32,000 nt of DNA from Geotalea uraniireducens Rf4 (GCF_000016745.1 NC_009483.1:1320001-1352000), one strand, 5' to 3'. Shown: positions 1 to 8,144, numbered from the stretch's first letter. Notes: generated from the letters alone by a model not told the origin. Translations and numbers: made by a program.

Positions 1-610
1 AACTGGACAAGCACACCGACCAGTTCGTACACCTTTGCCACTGCCGGGGCCAAAATCCTTTACGCCTTTGCCAAGGATGCGGCGGGCAACGTCTCGGCAG
101 CAGCCGGCGTCACTGTTACCATCACTCTTCCGGACATCACCGCTCCCACGGTAACCGGCTTTAGCGTATCGGGCAGCACCACCAGTTTGATAGTGACAGT
201 CTCAAACTTTATGGCAACCGACGACACCGCCGTCCACCGGCTATATTATTACCGAAAGTTCCACCGCGCCGGATGCGGCTGCCAGCGGCTGGAGTTCCAC
301 ACCTCCCGCTTCCTACACATGTGCCACCGGCGGCAGCAAGATCCTTTACGCCTACGCCAAGGACGATTCGGGGAATATCTCGGCGGCAGCCATGGCAGCT
401 GTCAGCGTAACGCAAACCGGCAGTATCTTCACCATCATGGATGCCCTGGTGGCCTTGCAGATTGCGTCCGGCGCCATCCCCCCCACGCCTGCCCAAACCG
501 TGATGATGGACGTGGCGCCGCTGGTCAACGGTGTATCGGCGGGCGATGGTAAGGTGGATATCGAGGACGTGCTCGTAATTCTTTACAAGGTTGTCGGGAT
601 TATCAAATGA
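1..610 (+). pseudogene. 3' end of a large repeat-containing cell-surface protein with a C-terminal dockerin-like module; frame disrupted near 235
   Basis: Open at the window edge. Frame 1 (1-234) reads NWTSTPTSSYTFATAGAKILYAFAKDAAGNVS...TAPTVTGFSVSG...ATDDTAV. Frame 2 (236-610) reads TGYIITESSTAPDAAASGWSSTPPASYTCATGGSKILYAYAKDDSGNIS, a second copy of the same repeat, then DVAPLVNGVSAGDGKVDIEDVLVIL (Ca-binding dockerin-type loop) and TGA 608-610. Frame 2 is closed upstream by TAA 152-154. The two halves join only with a 1-nt shift (extra C in gtcCacc at ~235). Confidence 0.6.
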
Positions 611-633
611 ACCAATTACGAAGGAGAAATATC

Positions 634-1191
634 ATGAATAGAATTTTGATGTTGGCAGCTGCAACTTTTCTTGTCGCTACGCTGTCCGGTTGCGGCAATT
701 CGGATGTGCAACTGACAACTCAATCAACCACCAGCGACTCGTATGTTTTTGCGGCGGGGAAATCGGTGATCACGTTCAGCGCGTACAGCTCACGCACTCT
801 ATCCGTGCCGATCAGCGCCATCGACCTGTTCGTAACGCTGCCGCAAGGGATGAGTGTGGCCACCGTCAGCGGCGCCTCGGGTTCGATAGATCCGGCAGCG
901 ATGACGGCCGGCAGTGTGCTGGCTGGGACAAATCTGGCCTTTGGCACGTACTCGGCATCAACCCGCAAGGTGCGGCTTTCCATGGCGACGACAAGCCGCA
1001 GCTACCGCTCTGGCGAGTTCTTGCGGCTGACCTGCGACGTGACAGCCACCCCGGTTATTACTCTGGGTGATTTACGTGCCTTGAATTTCCCTGTGGTGCA
1101 GGTGACTAAGGCGGTTGGCTATGACCCGTCCACCCTGAGCACTGTCGTGTTGACGGACAGCATCAAGATCACTATTGACGCTGCGCAATAG
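634..1191 (+). CDS. lipoprotein of unknown function (Ser/Thr/Ala-rich, beta-rich)
   Basis: ATG 634 follows an aaGGAGaaatatc RBS. N-terminus MNRILMLAAATFLVATLSGC carries a lipobox (LSGC). The track start at 607 is a 9-codon upstream extension overlapping the previous stop. Confidence 0.7.
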   Translation: MNRILMLAAATFLVATLSGCGNSDVQLTTQSTTSDSYVFAAGKSVITFSAYSSRTLSVPISAIDLFVTLPQGMSVATVSGASGSIDPAAMTAGSVLAGTNLAFGTYSASTRKVRLSMATTSRSYRSGEFLRLTCDVTATPVITLGDLRALNFPVVQVTKAVGYDPSTLSTVVLTDSIKITIDAAQ

Positions 1192-1213
1192 CGCAATGAA
1201 AATAATTATTTTC

Positions 1214-1235
1214 CAATCTGTGGGCAATCTGTGGG
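1214..1235 (+). promoter_or_regulatory. perfect tandem 11-bp direct repeat (CAATCTGTGGG x2) upstream of the small ORF
   Basis: caatctgtggg at 1214-1224 and again at 1225-1235. A GATATT -10-like hexamer follows about 9 nt downstream, and the ATG is at 1262. Confidence 0.4.
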
Positions 1236-1261
1236 TAACGGCGTGATATTTTCTCATCACC

Positions 1262-1453
1262 ATGACCGAACTTTCGACCGCAAACAGCTTTATCGTGCGG
1301 GTTTACCGCATTGACACGGAAGATCCTGCCAATATCACCGGTTTGGTGGAAATGCTCGACGGCAGCGGAGAACGGGTGCCGTTTACCGACATTAACGAGC
1401 TGGCCGCGGTGTTGAAGCGCGGAGTGGGCAAGCGGAAAAAAACGAAATTGTAA
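1262..1453 (+). CDS. small hypothetical protein (63 aa) with a basic tail
   Basis: ORF MTELSTANSFIVRVYRIDTEDPANITGLVEMLDGSGERVPFTDINELAAVLKRGVGKRKKTKL has protein-like composition. No clear SD sequence was seen upstream. Confidence 0.45.
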   Translation: MTELSTANSFIVRVYRIDTEDPANITGLVEMLDGSGERVPFTDINELAAVLKRGVGKRKKTKL

Positions 1454-1505
1454 TCGGGGGGACAGGAAAGGTGGTGAGGGACTGTTCAGGCAAAAAAATA
1501 TCGGG

Positions 1506-2518
1506 GTGTCGGATATGCAGTGTGGCCCGGCAAGTTGCAAAGATGTAGAAGCGGTTGTGACGATCTATGCCCTTCATGATTTCAAGGAACAGGCGGACTG
1601 GTTTTACGTGCGTCAGGAAGGACAACTGAGAGCCGGCGGAAATTATCATCCCTGTGACGTAAAGGATTTCCTGGGCGCCGGTTATCATTGGGAAGGGTAT
1701 TACATCGGCAACTACACCATGGACAACTGGATTGCGGGAGTGGCGGACCCCGCTGTGCAGATGTTTCGTTCCAGTCCTTCCACCGAACCACCAAGACAAC
1801 GGTTTCCAGCAGTGTCGATTGGGAATTCAAGGGCGATGTGGGGTTCGAAGGCACGAAGCCGACCGGTAATGTCGGACTGAAATTGAATTTGCATAACAAA
1901 AGCGAAGTCACCTTGCAAGATTGCCAGGCATTCAACGAGTCTCTCGATAACGGGTCGAACGCCAAGTGGCGCTATCAGTTCCGCGAGGTCTCTCCGATAA
2001 TATACTTCGCGTTCGTCGACTTCACTCGTGCGTCGGAGCTGCAGCACGGCATGTTTCAGCCAATCAATCAATGGCTCTGGCGGTTTTCCGGTGATGTACG
2101 CGAGGGTTACGATGCCAAGTGGTTCCGCTCGAAATTCGCAGTGGATCATGTCTGCAGCCAGGGAAAAGATATCGCAGCCTATTGGTTGTCCAAGTTTGAA
2201 CACATACACATGTGTGCCGGCGAGACCTTTTTCGTGTCGCTGCCGTACCCTCCGCTGCTGATGGTTGACAAGAATATGAGCCTTGACAAGGCGGGGCAAT
2301 CCAAGGCCGTGGACATCGGCGTAGGGCGCGACTGGTCGGTTTTTCCCGGCCAGCCCTGGTGCCGTATAGAACCGGCGAGCGGGACAGCGGACAACACGCG
2401 GGTAAACATCACGGCGGACGAGAACACCACAGGGGCCAGCCGTAATGCAATCATTACCTTCAAGACCAGGGATATCAAGGGGTCAGCCACGACAGATCTT
2501 TTCCAGTCGCACTACTGA
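1506..2518 (+). pseudogene. frameshifted gene: hemolysin/leukocidin-like beta-pore-forming core (tentative) plus a C-terminal BACON/Ig-like domain
   Basis: Frame 3 (1506-~1763) is protein-like up to ...YHWEGYYIGNYTMDNWIAGVADPAVQMF, then turns Arg/Pro/Ser-rich. Frame 2 is junk-like before ~1760, then reads (D)VSFQSFHRTTKTTVSSSVDWEFKGDVGFEGTKPTGNVGLKLNLHNKSEVTLQDCQAFNE...KWRYQF... through to WCRIEPASGTADNTRVNITADENTTGASRNAIITFKT and stop 2516-2518. The switch sits at the T-run 1764-1766. No signal peptide is visible. Confidence 0.55.
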
Positions 2519-2565
2519 AGGCTCAGGAGTATGAAGGCTTAAATGGGCGTGGCATGGCAGCATAG

Positions 2566-2797
2566 CGCACCAACATCCTCGGGAGCGCACAGCAGGACTT
2601 TACCCTGGCAGTCGGCAAGGCGACCGCCATCGCCACCCTCGGCAACCTGTCGGCAACCTATGATGGCTCGCCAAAGTCCGCCACGGCAACTACCACGCCG
2701 GCCGGACTTGCCGTCACGATCACCTACAACGGTTCCGCCATTCCCCCGACCACGCCGGGAACTATACGGTCGTCGCCACGGTCAGCGACGCTAACTA
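2566..2797 (+). pseudogene. internal fragment of an MBG-domain (adhesin-type) repeat protein; no start, 1-nt deletion, truncated
   Basis: Frame 1 from 2566 reads ...FTLAVGKATAIATLGNLSATYDGSPKSATATTTPAGLAVTITYNGSAIPPTTPG. It then continues in frame 3 from 2760 as NYTVVATVSDANY (G-run 2757-2759). Stop TAG 2563-2565 lies just upstream and there is no Met. The fragment ends exactly at the stop codon of the convergent gene (2798-2800). Confidence 0.6.
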
Positions 2798-3247
2798 TCA
2801 CTTCTGTGTGTTAGCCTCCTTCTCCTCGACCCATGCCTGGGTCAGTGACAGGTGCCGAAGAAACTCTCCGGCATACAGAAAGTGAGCTTCAGTGGCGGAG
2901 ACGTTAATGCTGTCGTCGCCGCGCTGGATGATCAAGGCGTATCCCGCCTTGTTGTTTCGATCGTATTTCTCGACAGTCAATTTGGTGACTATCTCGCCGT
3001 CTTTGCTTTCAAACTTATGGGTGAGGGTTTCTTTGCCCCCATCCCGGTAAACCTTGTTGATCCTGCGGAACAGATCGAAACATTCCCATGGTTCGGCGAC
3101 AAAGCGGATCTGCTGTGCTTTACTCTCCATTTTGAAGAAACGAAAAGAAATACGTCCCTCGTGCGGTTTGCCCTCCTGCCGCTTTTCGTAGGAACTGATT
3201 TCAACCCCTGCGCTCTTTGCGTAAATGGTAAACTGCGGTACTTTCAT
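2798..3247 (-). CDS. hypothetical protein (149 aa)
   Basis: ATG at 3247 follows a caaAGGAGGcgattg RBS. Sequence starts MKVPQFTIYAKSAGVEISSYEK.... The track ORF start at 3388 would overlap sfsA and is rejected. No family was recognised. Confidence 0.65.
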   Translation of the reverse strand: MKVPQFTIYAKSAGVEISSYEKRQEGKPHEGRISFRFFKMESKAQQIRFVAEPWECFDLFRRINKVYRDGGKETLTHKFESKDGEIVTKLTVEKYDRNNKAGYALIIQRGDDSINVSATEAHFLYAGEFLRHLSLTQAWVEEKEANTQK

Positions 3248-3275
3248 CAATCGCCTCCTTTGCAAACAGGGTGAA

Positions 3276-3971
3276 TTACATACGCACTGATAATTTTCCG
3301 GTGATGTTGATTCCTTCCGGCGCCACGTGGGCCCGGTAGGCCAGGATTTCAACGCCGTTGGCTGCTGCCTGGCGAAGCAGTCTGCCATACTCCGGGTCGA
3401 TTAAATCGGCTGGGGCGACAAATTCGCCATCCGCCCGCTGCACTACAAAGAAATTCACCGCACGGTGTCCCTGTCTGACTACCCCCATCAGTTCGCGGAG
3501 ATGTTTTTGCCCGCGGGTGGTGGCCGCATCGGGGAAGAGTACTGCATTACCCTCGACAAGGGTCACATTCTTCACTTCCACATAGCAGAGTTGATCCGCA
3601 TTGCAAAGGAGCAGATCGATCCGGCTGTTTTCACCATAACGAACCTCCGGGCGGATTGTTTGATACCCCTGAAGTTCAGCGACAAGCCCGTTTTCGATAG
3701 CCTCGCGCACCAGCCGGTTGGGTAGTCCGGTGTTGATCCCGATCCAGCAGCCATCCGCCTTCACCAGTTCCCAGGTATATTTGAGTTTTCTTTCCGGCTT
3801 GTCGCTGCGGGAGAGGAATGCCGGGCTTCCGGGTGTTGCACACCCTTTCATGCTGCCGGAATTGGGGCAGTGGGCGGTGACGATTTCGCCGCTCTCCAGC
3901 TCGAAATCAGCAAGAAAGCGCTTATAGCGGCGGATGAGCGTGGCAGGAAATAAGGGGATTGGCAGTTGCAT
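3276..3971 (-). CDS. sfsA: sugar fermentation stimulation protein SfsA (DNA-binding/nuclease-fold family)
   Basis: Full-length match to the SfsA pattern as recalled: LIRRYKRFLADFELESGEIVTAHCPNSGSM ... RIDLLL ... CYVEVKNVTL ... FPDAATTRGQKHLREL. Confidence 0.93.
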   Translation of the reverse strand: MQLPIPLFPATLIRRYKRFLADFELESGEIVTAHCPNSGSMKGCATPGSPAFLSRSDKPERKLKYTWELVKADGCWIGINTGLPNRLVREAIENGLVAELQGYQTIRPEVRYGENSRIDLLLCNADQLCYVEVKNVTLVEGNAVLFPDAATTRGQKHLRELMGVVRQGHRAVNFFVVQRADGEFVAPADLIDPEYGRLLRQAAANGVEILAYRAHVAPEGINITGKLSVRM

Positions 3972-4026
3972 GGAGATGTTAATATCACGCCGGCGGGTAA
4001 CAATGCAATGAAGAACGTCTGTGAAT

Positions 4027-5304
4027 CTAGAGCCTGACCAGGTGGACTGCGCAGGAGATGCAGGGATCGTAGGCGCGTACCAGCATTTCGAGCTTCAGTT
4101 TCAACTCAGCCTCGTCTGCACCTTCCATTTCCCTGGCAAGGGCCAGCAGATCACGTTCCATGGCTGCCTGGTTGATGGCGGTGGGGGTGATGATGTCTGC
4201 GGCCGTGCAGAACCCCCTGTTGTCGAAGCTGTAGCTGTGGATGAGAACTCCCCTTGGCGCCTCGGTGGCGGCGCTGCCGCTCCCTTTTCGCGGCGCGATA
4301 GAAACCGGTCTGTCAGGTTTTGTCTCGAAGCTCAAAAGGGTGGCTATGATCTCCAGGGAGCATTCTACGGCCAGAATCAGCTCTATGGCCTGGGCCAGAT
4401 TGTTGCCCCGGATGTCCGTGTCAATCAGTTTTTCCCGCGCATCAAGAAAAGCCTGATTAGCCATGGTTGTCAGCCCCATTCCCACATTGAGCCGGGCTAG
4501 TGCGCCGACGATGACGGCTTCTCCTTCGAAGCGGCTTTGCTTGGCATAGGAATGGCCGATGACCTTTTCCGGTAAGGCTTCCCGGTAGTTCGAGGCCATG
4601 AAGGATCGACCGTTGCTTAAATCCAGCCTGTCGCCGAACAGCGGAGATGATGTTTCCCCTTGCACGGCCATGAATATTGAACGCGGCAGAGGGGGGCCGG
4701 GAACGGCGAATGAAGCGAACAGATTGCAAGCTTCGATGGTGTCGGGGAGGATGGTTTCGAGTGCCACTTGTAGTTCCCGTAATCCCGCGTGGTTGACCCG
4801 TTTTCCCATGCCGCCGGGGACGATGTTCACCGGGTGAATAAGCCGCCCCCCTACGGTTTCCTGTATCAAATTGCCAACTCCTTTTATCCGCAGCCCCAGT
4901 TTTAACAGTTCCGGCGCATGTGTTGCCAGGTCGGCAAAGCTTGCGGCATTATAGTAATCGGGCAGGGCAAGGCAGAAAAGATGGAGGGCGTGGCTCTGGA
5001 TATGGCCGCCGTTAACGATCAGTTCCCGGTAGAGGCGGGTCTCCTCGGAGACATCGATCCCCAGGGCATTTTCAACGGCCAGCAGGGACGTTACCCGATG
5101 GATTGTGGAGCAGAGGGAGCAGATGCGGCAGATGATCTCCGGCACCTCCTCGAAGCTTTTCCCCAAGAGGAGCGCCTCAAACAGCCGCGGCGGCTCAGTC
5201 AGCGCAAGTTCGACCCGTTCGGCCCGCTTGCCGTCCATGTAAACCCGGGCGATGCCGTGTCCCTCCACCCGGGTGAGGGGCTTTATCTCAATAACGTTGC
5301 TCAT
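4027..5304 (-). CDS. [NiFe]-hydrogenase large (alpha) subunit, cytoplasmic group 3b/sulfhydrogenase-like
   Basis: N-terminal RVEGHG, the RICSLCSTIH Ni-binding motif and C-terminal DPCISCAVH followed by only LVRL. GGAG RBS 7 nt upstream. Overlaps the small-subunit gene by 17 nt. Confidence 0.9.
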   Translation of the reverse strand: MSNVIEIKPLTRVEGHGIARVYMDGKRAERVELALTEPPRLFEALLLGKSFEEVPEIICRICSLCSTIHRVTSLLAVENALGIDVSEETRLYRELIVNGGHIQSHALHLFCLALPDYYNAASFADLATHAPELLKLGLRIKGVGNLIQETVGGRLIHPVNIVPGGMGKRVNHAGLRELQVALETILPDTIEACNLFASFAVPGPPLPRSIFMAVQGETSSPLFGDRLDLSNGRSFMASNYREALPEKVIGHSYAKQSRFEGEAVIVGALARLNVGMGLTTMANQAFLDAREKLIDTDIRGNNLAQAIELILAVECSLEIIATLLSFETKPDRPVSIAPRKGSGSAATEAPRGVLIHSYSFDNRGFCTAADIITPTAINQAAMERDLLALAREMEGADEAELKLKLEMLVRAYDPCISCAVHLVRL

Positions 5305-6043
5305 AGTCCCACTCCGGGTAGAAACGGCGCATCCTGCTGATGATCTCCTGGCGAGAGAATCCCTTTTTCAGCAGCAGCTCCATTTCCGCAGCGACATTGG
5401 CTTCAGCTGCCGGCCCCCGGCACCCTTCGCACTTTATGGAAACCGTCGGGCAGCGGGCATTGCAACCTGCCTGGATCAGGGGGCCGAGGCACATCTCGTT
5501 CCGCTCGATGAGGAGGCAGAGATTCTCGCGGTTGCGGCATTCCGTGCAGACAGGATAGCCGGGAAACACCGGCAGCGTGCCGTGCAAGATCGATGCAAAG
5601 GTTGTCAGGAGTTCCCCTTTCTCCGGCGGGCAACCGGTGATGGCAAAATCGACCGTAACAAAGCGCTGAAGCGGTCCGGGCGCAAAGGTCTTGATGCTAT
5701 GGGCGGAATCGCCGTAGATCGTTTCAGCCAGTTCCTTCCGCGATTCGTTGTTTTTCATGGCCGCTATTCCGCCCCAGATGGCGCAGGTGCCTATGGCGAC
5801 GAGAAGGCTGCTCCGGTTGCGCAAGTTGATGAGCGTTTCCAGGTCTTCCGGCGTTGAAACGGCTCCTTCGACAAACGCTACGTCCAATGGCCCGCATTCA
5901 TCACTCCCTGAAAGCCCCATGGGGAACCAGGCGAAGCGGAACCGTTCAGCCACCTGCGGCAGTTCCTCTTCGCAGTTGAAGAGGGTGAGCTGGCAGCCGG
6001 AGCAGGCGGTAAGCCCGGCGATGGCGATGACCGGCTTGGTCAT
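5288..6043 (-). CDS. [NiFe]-hydrogenase small (delta) subunit
   Basis: MTKPVIAIAGLTACSGCQLT... carries the proximal-cluster CxGC motif and further Cys clusters. The ATG at 6043 overlaps the TGA of the upstream gene (ATGA). No Tat signal is present, which fits a cytoplasmic enzyme. Confidence 0.85.
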   Translation of the reverse strand: MTKPVIAIAGLTACSGCQLTLFNCEEELPQVAERFRFAWFPMGLSGSDECGPLDVAFVEGAVSTPEDLETLINLRNRSSLLVAIGTCAIWGGIAAMKNNESRKELAETIYGDSAHSIKTFAPGPLQRFVTVDFAITGCPPEKGELLTTFASILHGTLPVFPGYPVCTECRNRENLCLLIERNEMCLGPLIQAGCNARCPTVSIKCEGCRGPAAEANVAAEMELLLKKGFSRQEIISRMRRFYPEWDYEQRY

Positions 6044-6888
6044 AAGGCCCCCTCGATGGTTTTCAGGTCGCTGTAGCGGAAAACCGGTCCGTCGATGCAG
6101 CAGAGCAACTGTCCGACGGCGCAGTGGGCACAGCGCCCCAATCCGCATTTCATCCTTCTTTCCAGGGAGAGGAGGATGCGCCGGTCGGAAAAACCCAGCC
6201 CCTGCAATTCGCCGATGATGCAGCGATAGAGTGCGGGAGGACCGCAGACGGCTGCATAGCAGTTGTCTGCGGTAATGGGCACCCCACGCAACAGGTCCGG
6301 AAGGAGACCGATATTGCAGCTTGGTTCACAGGCACTCTCTTCGGCGGCAAAATCGACGGTCAGCATCAGCCGCATGTCCCGGCGGCAGGCAAGTTCCCTC
6401 AATTCATCGCGGAGCAAGAGGGCGGAAGGCTCCCTGGCGCCGTACATGAGGGTAATCGACCCATAGGCATCCCTCTGTTCAAGGAGGTGGCAGAGAAGCG
6501 AATGGAGCGGCACGATGCCGAGACCTCCGGCCAGTAGCAGGATGTCCTTGCCGGCCATCTCCGCTATGGGAAATCCGGTGCCGAAAGGTCCACGGATGCC
6601 GACCACATCCCCCTGCCGTGCCTTGTGCAGCTGGGAGGTTACATGCCCCACCTTTCTCACGCACAACTCAAGGGCGCCGTCATTTCCCGGCGGGTTCAGG
6701 GGAGAGAAGGGGGCTTCCCCGGCAGCCGGCGCTGAGACCTGGACGAACTGTCCGGGAACGAAGGTAAAGTCGCGCGCTGCCTCCTCGTTCATCAGCCGCA
6801 GCCGGAAGAGCGCCGTGTCGCCGGAGATCGGCTTGATCTCAACAATCTCGGCCGGTGACGGTATGTTTGTCATCTGGTCAACGGGCAT
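6040..6888 (-). CDS. hydrogenase gamma subunit: FAD/NAD(P)-binding oxidoreductase with a C-terminal 2Fe-2S motif (HydG/AsrB/PyrK-like)
   Basis: Ferredoxin-reductase-type fold pattern (FVPGQFVQV, LLLAGGLGIVPL) and C-terminal MKCGLGRCAHCAVG...C. GGAG RBS 7 nt upstream of ATG 6888. Confidence 0.85.
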   Translation of the reverse strand: MPVDQMTNIPSPAEIVEIKPISGDTALFRLRLMNEEAARDFTFVPGQFVQVSAPAAGEAPFSPLNPPGNDGALELCVRKVGHVTSQLHKARQGDVVGIRGPFGTGFPIAEMAGKDILLLAGGLGIVPLHSLLCHLLEQRDAYGSITLMYGAREPSALLLRDELRELACRRDMRLMLTVDFAAEESACEPSCNIGLLPDLLRGVPITADNCYAAVCGPPALYRCIIGELQGLGFSDRRILLSLERRMKCGLGRCAHCAVGQLLCCIDGPVFRYSDLKTIEGAL

Positions 6889-6945
6889 TTCCCAACTCCA
6901 TTGGTCGCTGAACGGAGTGAAACAACTAACCTAAAACCGGCTTTT

Positions 6946-7074
6946 GCCACGAATTACACGAATAAACACGAATCAAATCAAAAACTTTGAAAAATGTTGA
7001 CAAAACCAATGAGGTGAACTTGGTTTTTGCTGTAACAGTTTGGTTTATTTGTGCAAATTCGTGTTATTCGTGGC
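6946..7074. repeat. 129-bp imperfect palindrome built from CACGAAT words, inside the hydrogenase operon
   Basis: Left arm is GCCACGAAT-TA-CACGAAT-AAA-CACGAAT. The reverse complement of the right arm is GCCACGAAT-AA-CACGAAT-TTG-CACAAAT. The AT-rich centre carries an inner hairpin, CAAAACCAA...TTGGTTTTTG. It lies in the 204-bp gap between the beta and gamma subunit genes. Confidence 0.8.
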
Positions 7075-7092
7075 TGACTGCGTTTTTTAGGA

Positions 7093-8076
7093 CTAATCCT
7101 CTTGTTGGAAAAGTTCCTGCAGGTCGATCTTCACCGGGCAGACCTCCCGGCAGCGCCCGCAGCCGACGCAGGAGACAACCCCTCTGAGCGGACCGAAACC
7201 GAGGTATTTGTGGATAAACCGGTAGCGAAACCTTTCCTGCCGGGTCTTGCGAAAGTTATAGCCGCCGGCGATCTCGCCGTGGGATTTGAAGAGGCAGTTA
7301 TCCCATTCCTGGATGCGCTGTGCTGTCCGGCCGTCAAGATCGCCGTATTCCCTGATGTCCAGGCAATAGCAGGTGGGGCAGCAGAGTGAACACGCGCCAC
7401 ATGACAGGCAGCGGTCGGCAAAATCATCCCAGAGGGGGCTTTTCGGGAACGTTTCCTGCCGCTCTGCCGCTTTTCGGATACGATCAGCCACCTTTGCCAT
7501 CCGGGTCTGCAGCGGCGCGGCCGTTTCCGGTCCTTCGGACAGAGAGGACAGCCCGGAGCTGATCGTCTTCCCTCTGGGACTTCCCTGGCGCAGACAAAAT
7601 CCTCCCTCCACCTTTTCCAGGTAAATATCGAAATTGACCGGGACATCGGTTCCCATTTCACCGCAGAAGCAGAATTCGTCGGCTTCACAGGAAAGCCCGA
7701 TCAGGGTGAGTGCGTTACGCCTTGCCCGGTAAAGAGGGTCGGGCCGGTCTTGGGTGAAAACCCGGTCCAGGTAGGAGATAGCGGCCAGGTCACAGGGGTG
7801 GAGGCCGAACAGGATTATTTCCCCGGTGGCAACCACTGGCCGGCTGTAGCCGCAGCCGGGGGCAAAATTGAGCAGAGGCGTTCGTGGCGGAAAAAGGTAC
7901 TTTTTGGGGGGGATGAGGGTGCGCCGATAATCCAAGCGAAGGTCTGAGCTGGAAGCTATGGTGGTAAAGGCCGGTACGCCGTCTTCGGTCAGCGTCGGAC
8001 CGTGAATTGCGCCGAATTGGGTTAGTTCCTCAAGAAAGCTCTGGAAAGACTCGTTTGCCAGGAAGTCTTTTGCCAT
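7093..8076 (-). CDS. hydrogenase beta subunit: 4Fe-4S dicluster protein (HydB/AsrA-like)
   Basis: Carries CLSCGACSLCCPTCYC and CVGCGRCREVCPV ferredoxin motifs. A GGAGG RBS precedes ATG 8076. It is the first gene of a beta-gamma-delta-alpha order, as in Pyrococcus sulfhydrogenase. Confidence 0.85.
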   Translation of the reverse strand: MAKDFLANESFQSFLEELTQFGAIHGPTLTEDGVPAFTTIASSSDLRLDYRRTLIPPKKYLFPPRTPLLNFAPGCGYSRPVVATGEIILFGLHPCDLAAISYLDRVFTQDRPDPLYRARRNALTLIGLSCEADEFCFCGEMGTDVPVNFDIYLEKVEGGFCLRQGSPRGKTISSGLSSLSEGPETAAPLQTRMAKVADRIRKAAERQETFPKSPLWDDFADRCLSCGACSLCCPTCYCLDIREYGDLDGRTAQRIQEWDNCLFKSHGEIAGGYNFRKTRQERFRYRFIHKYLGFGPLRGVVSCVGCGRCREVCPVKIDLQELFQQED

Positions 8077-8100
8077 AATTGCCTCCGAGTGAATATCATA

Positions 8101-8129
8101 ATTCTAGCGTGAATTTGGTCGGAGGCAAG
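8101..8129 (-). promoter_or_regulatory. candidate sigma70 promoter of the hydrogenase operon
   Basis: The minus strand reads CTTGCC-N17-TAGAAT, ending about 25 nt before the ATG at 8076. Confidence 0.3.
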
Positions 8130-8144
8130 ATGTAAAAGGTGAGA

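Noticed and set aside
187-552. 121-aa ORF, and 2543-2794 (83 aa, Pro/Arg-rich)
   Set aside because: Both are out-of-frame read-throughs of the frameshifted repeat protein and of the MBG remnant. The neighbouring frames give recognisable domain sequence.
2798-3388. Long N-terminal extensions proposed by the ORF track (also 5288-6148, 13140-13604, 13674-14402, 14448-15836, 20193-20819, 28387-29601)
   Set aside because: The extensions overlap upstream genes or repeats, start at non-ATG codons or lack an RBS, and have junk-like composition. Internal ATGs with SD sequences give N-termini that match family expectations.
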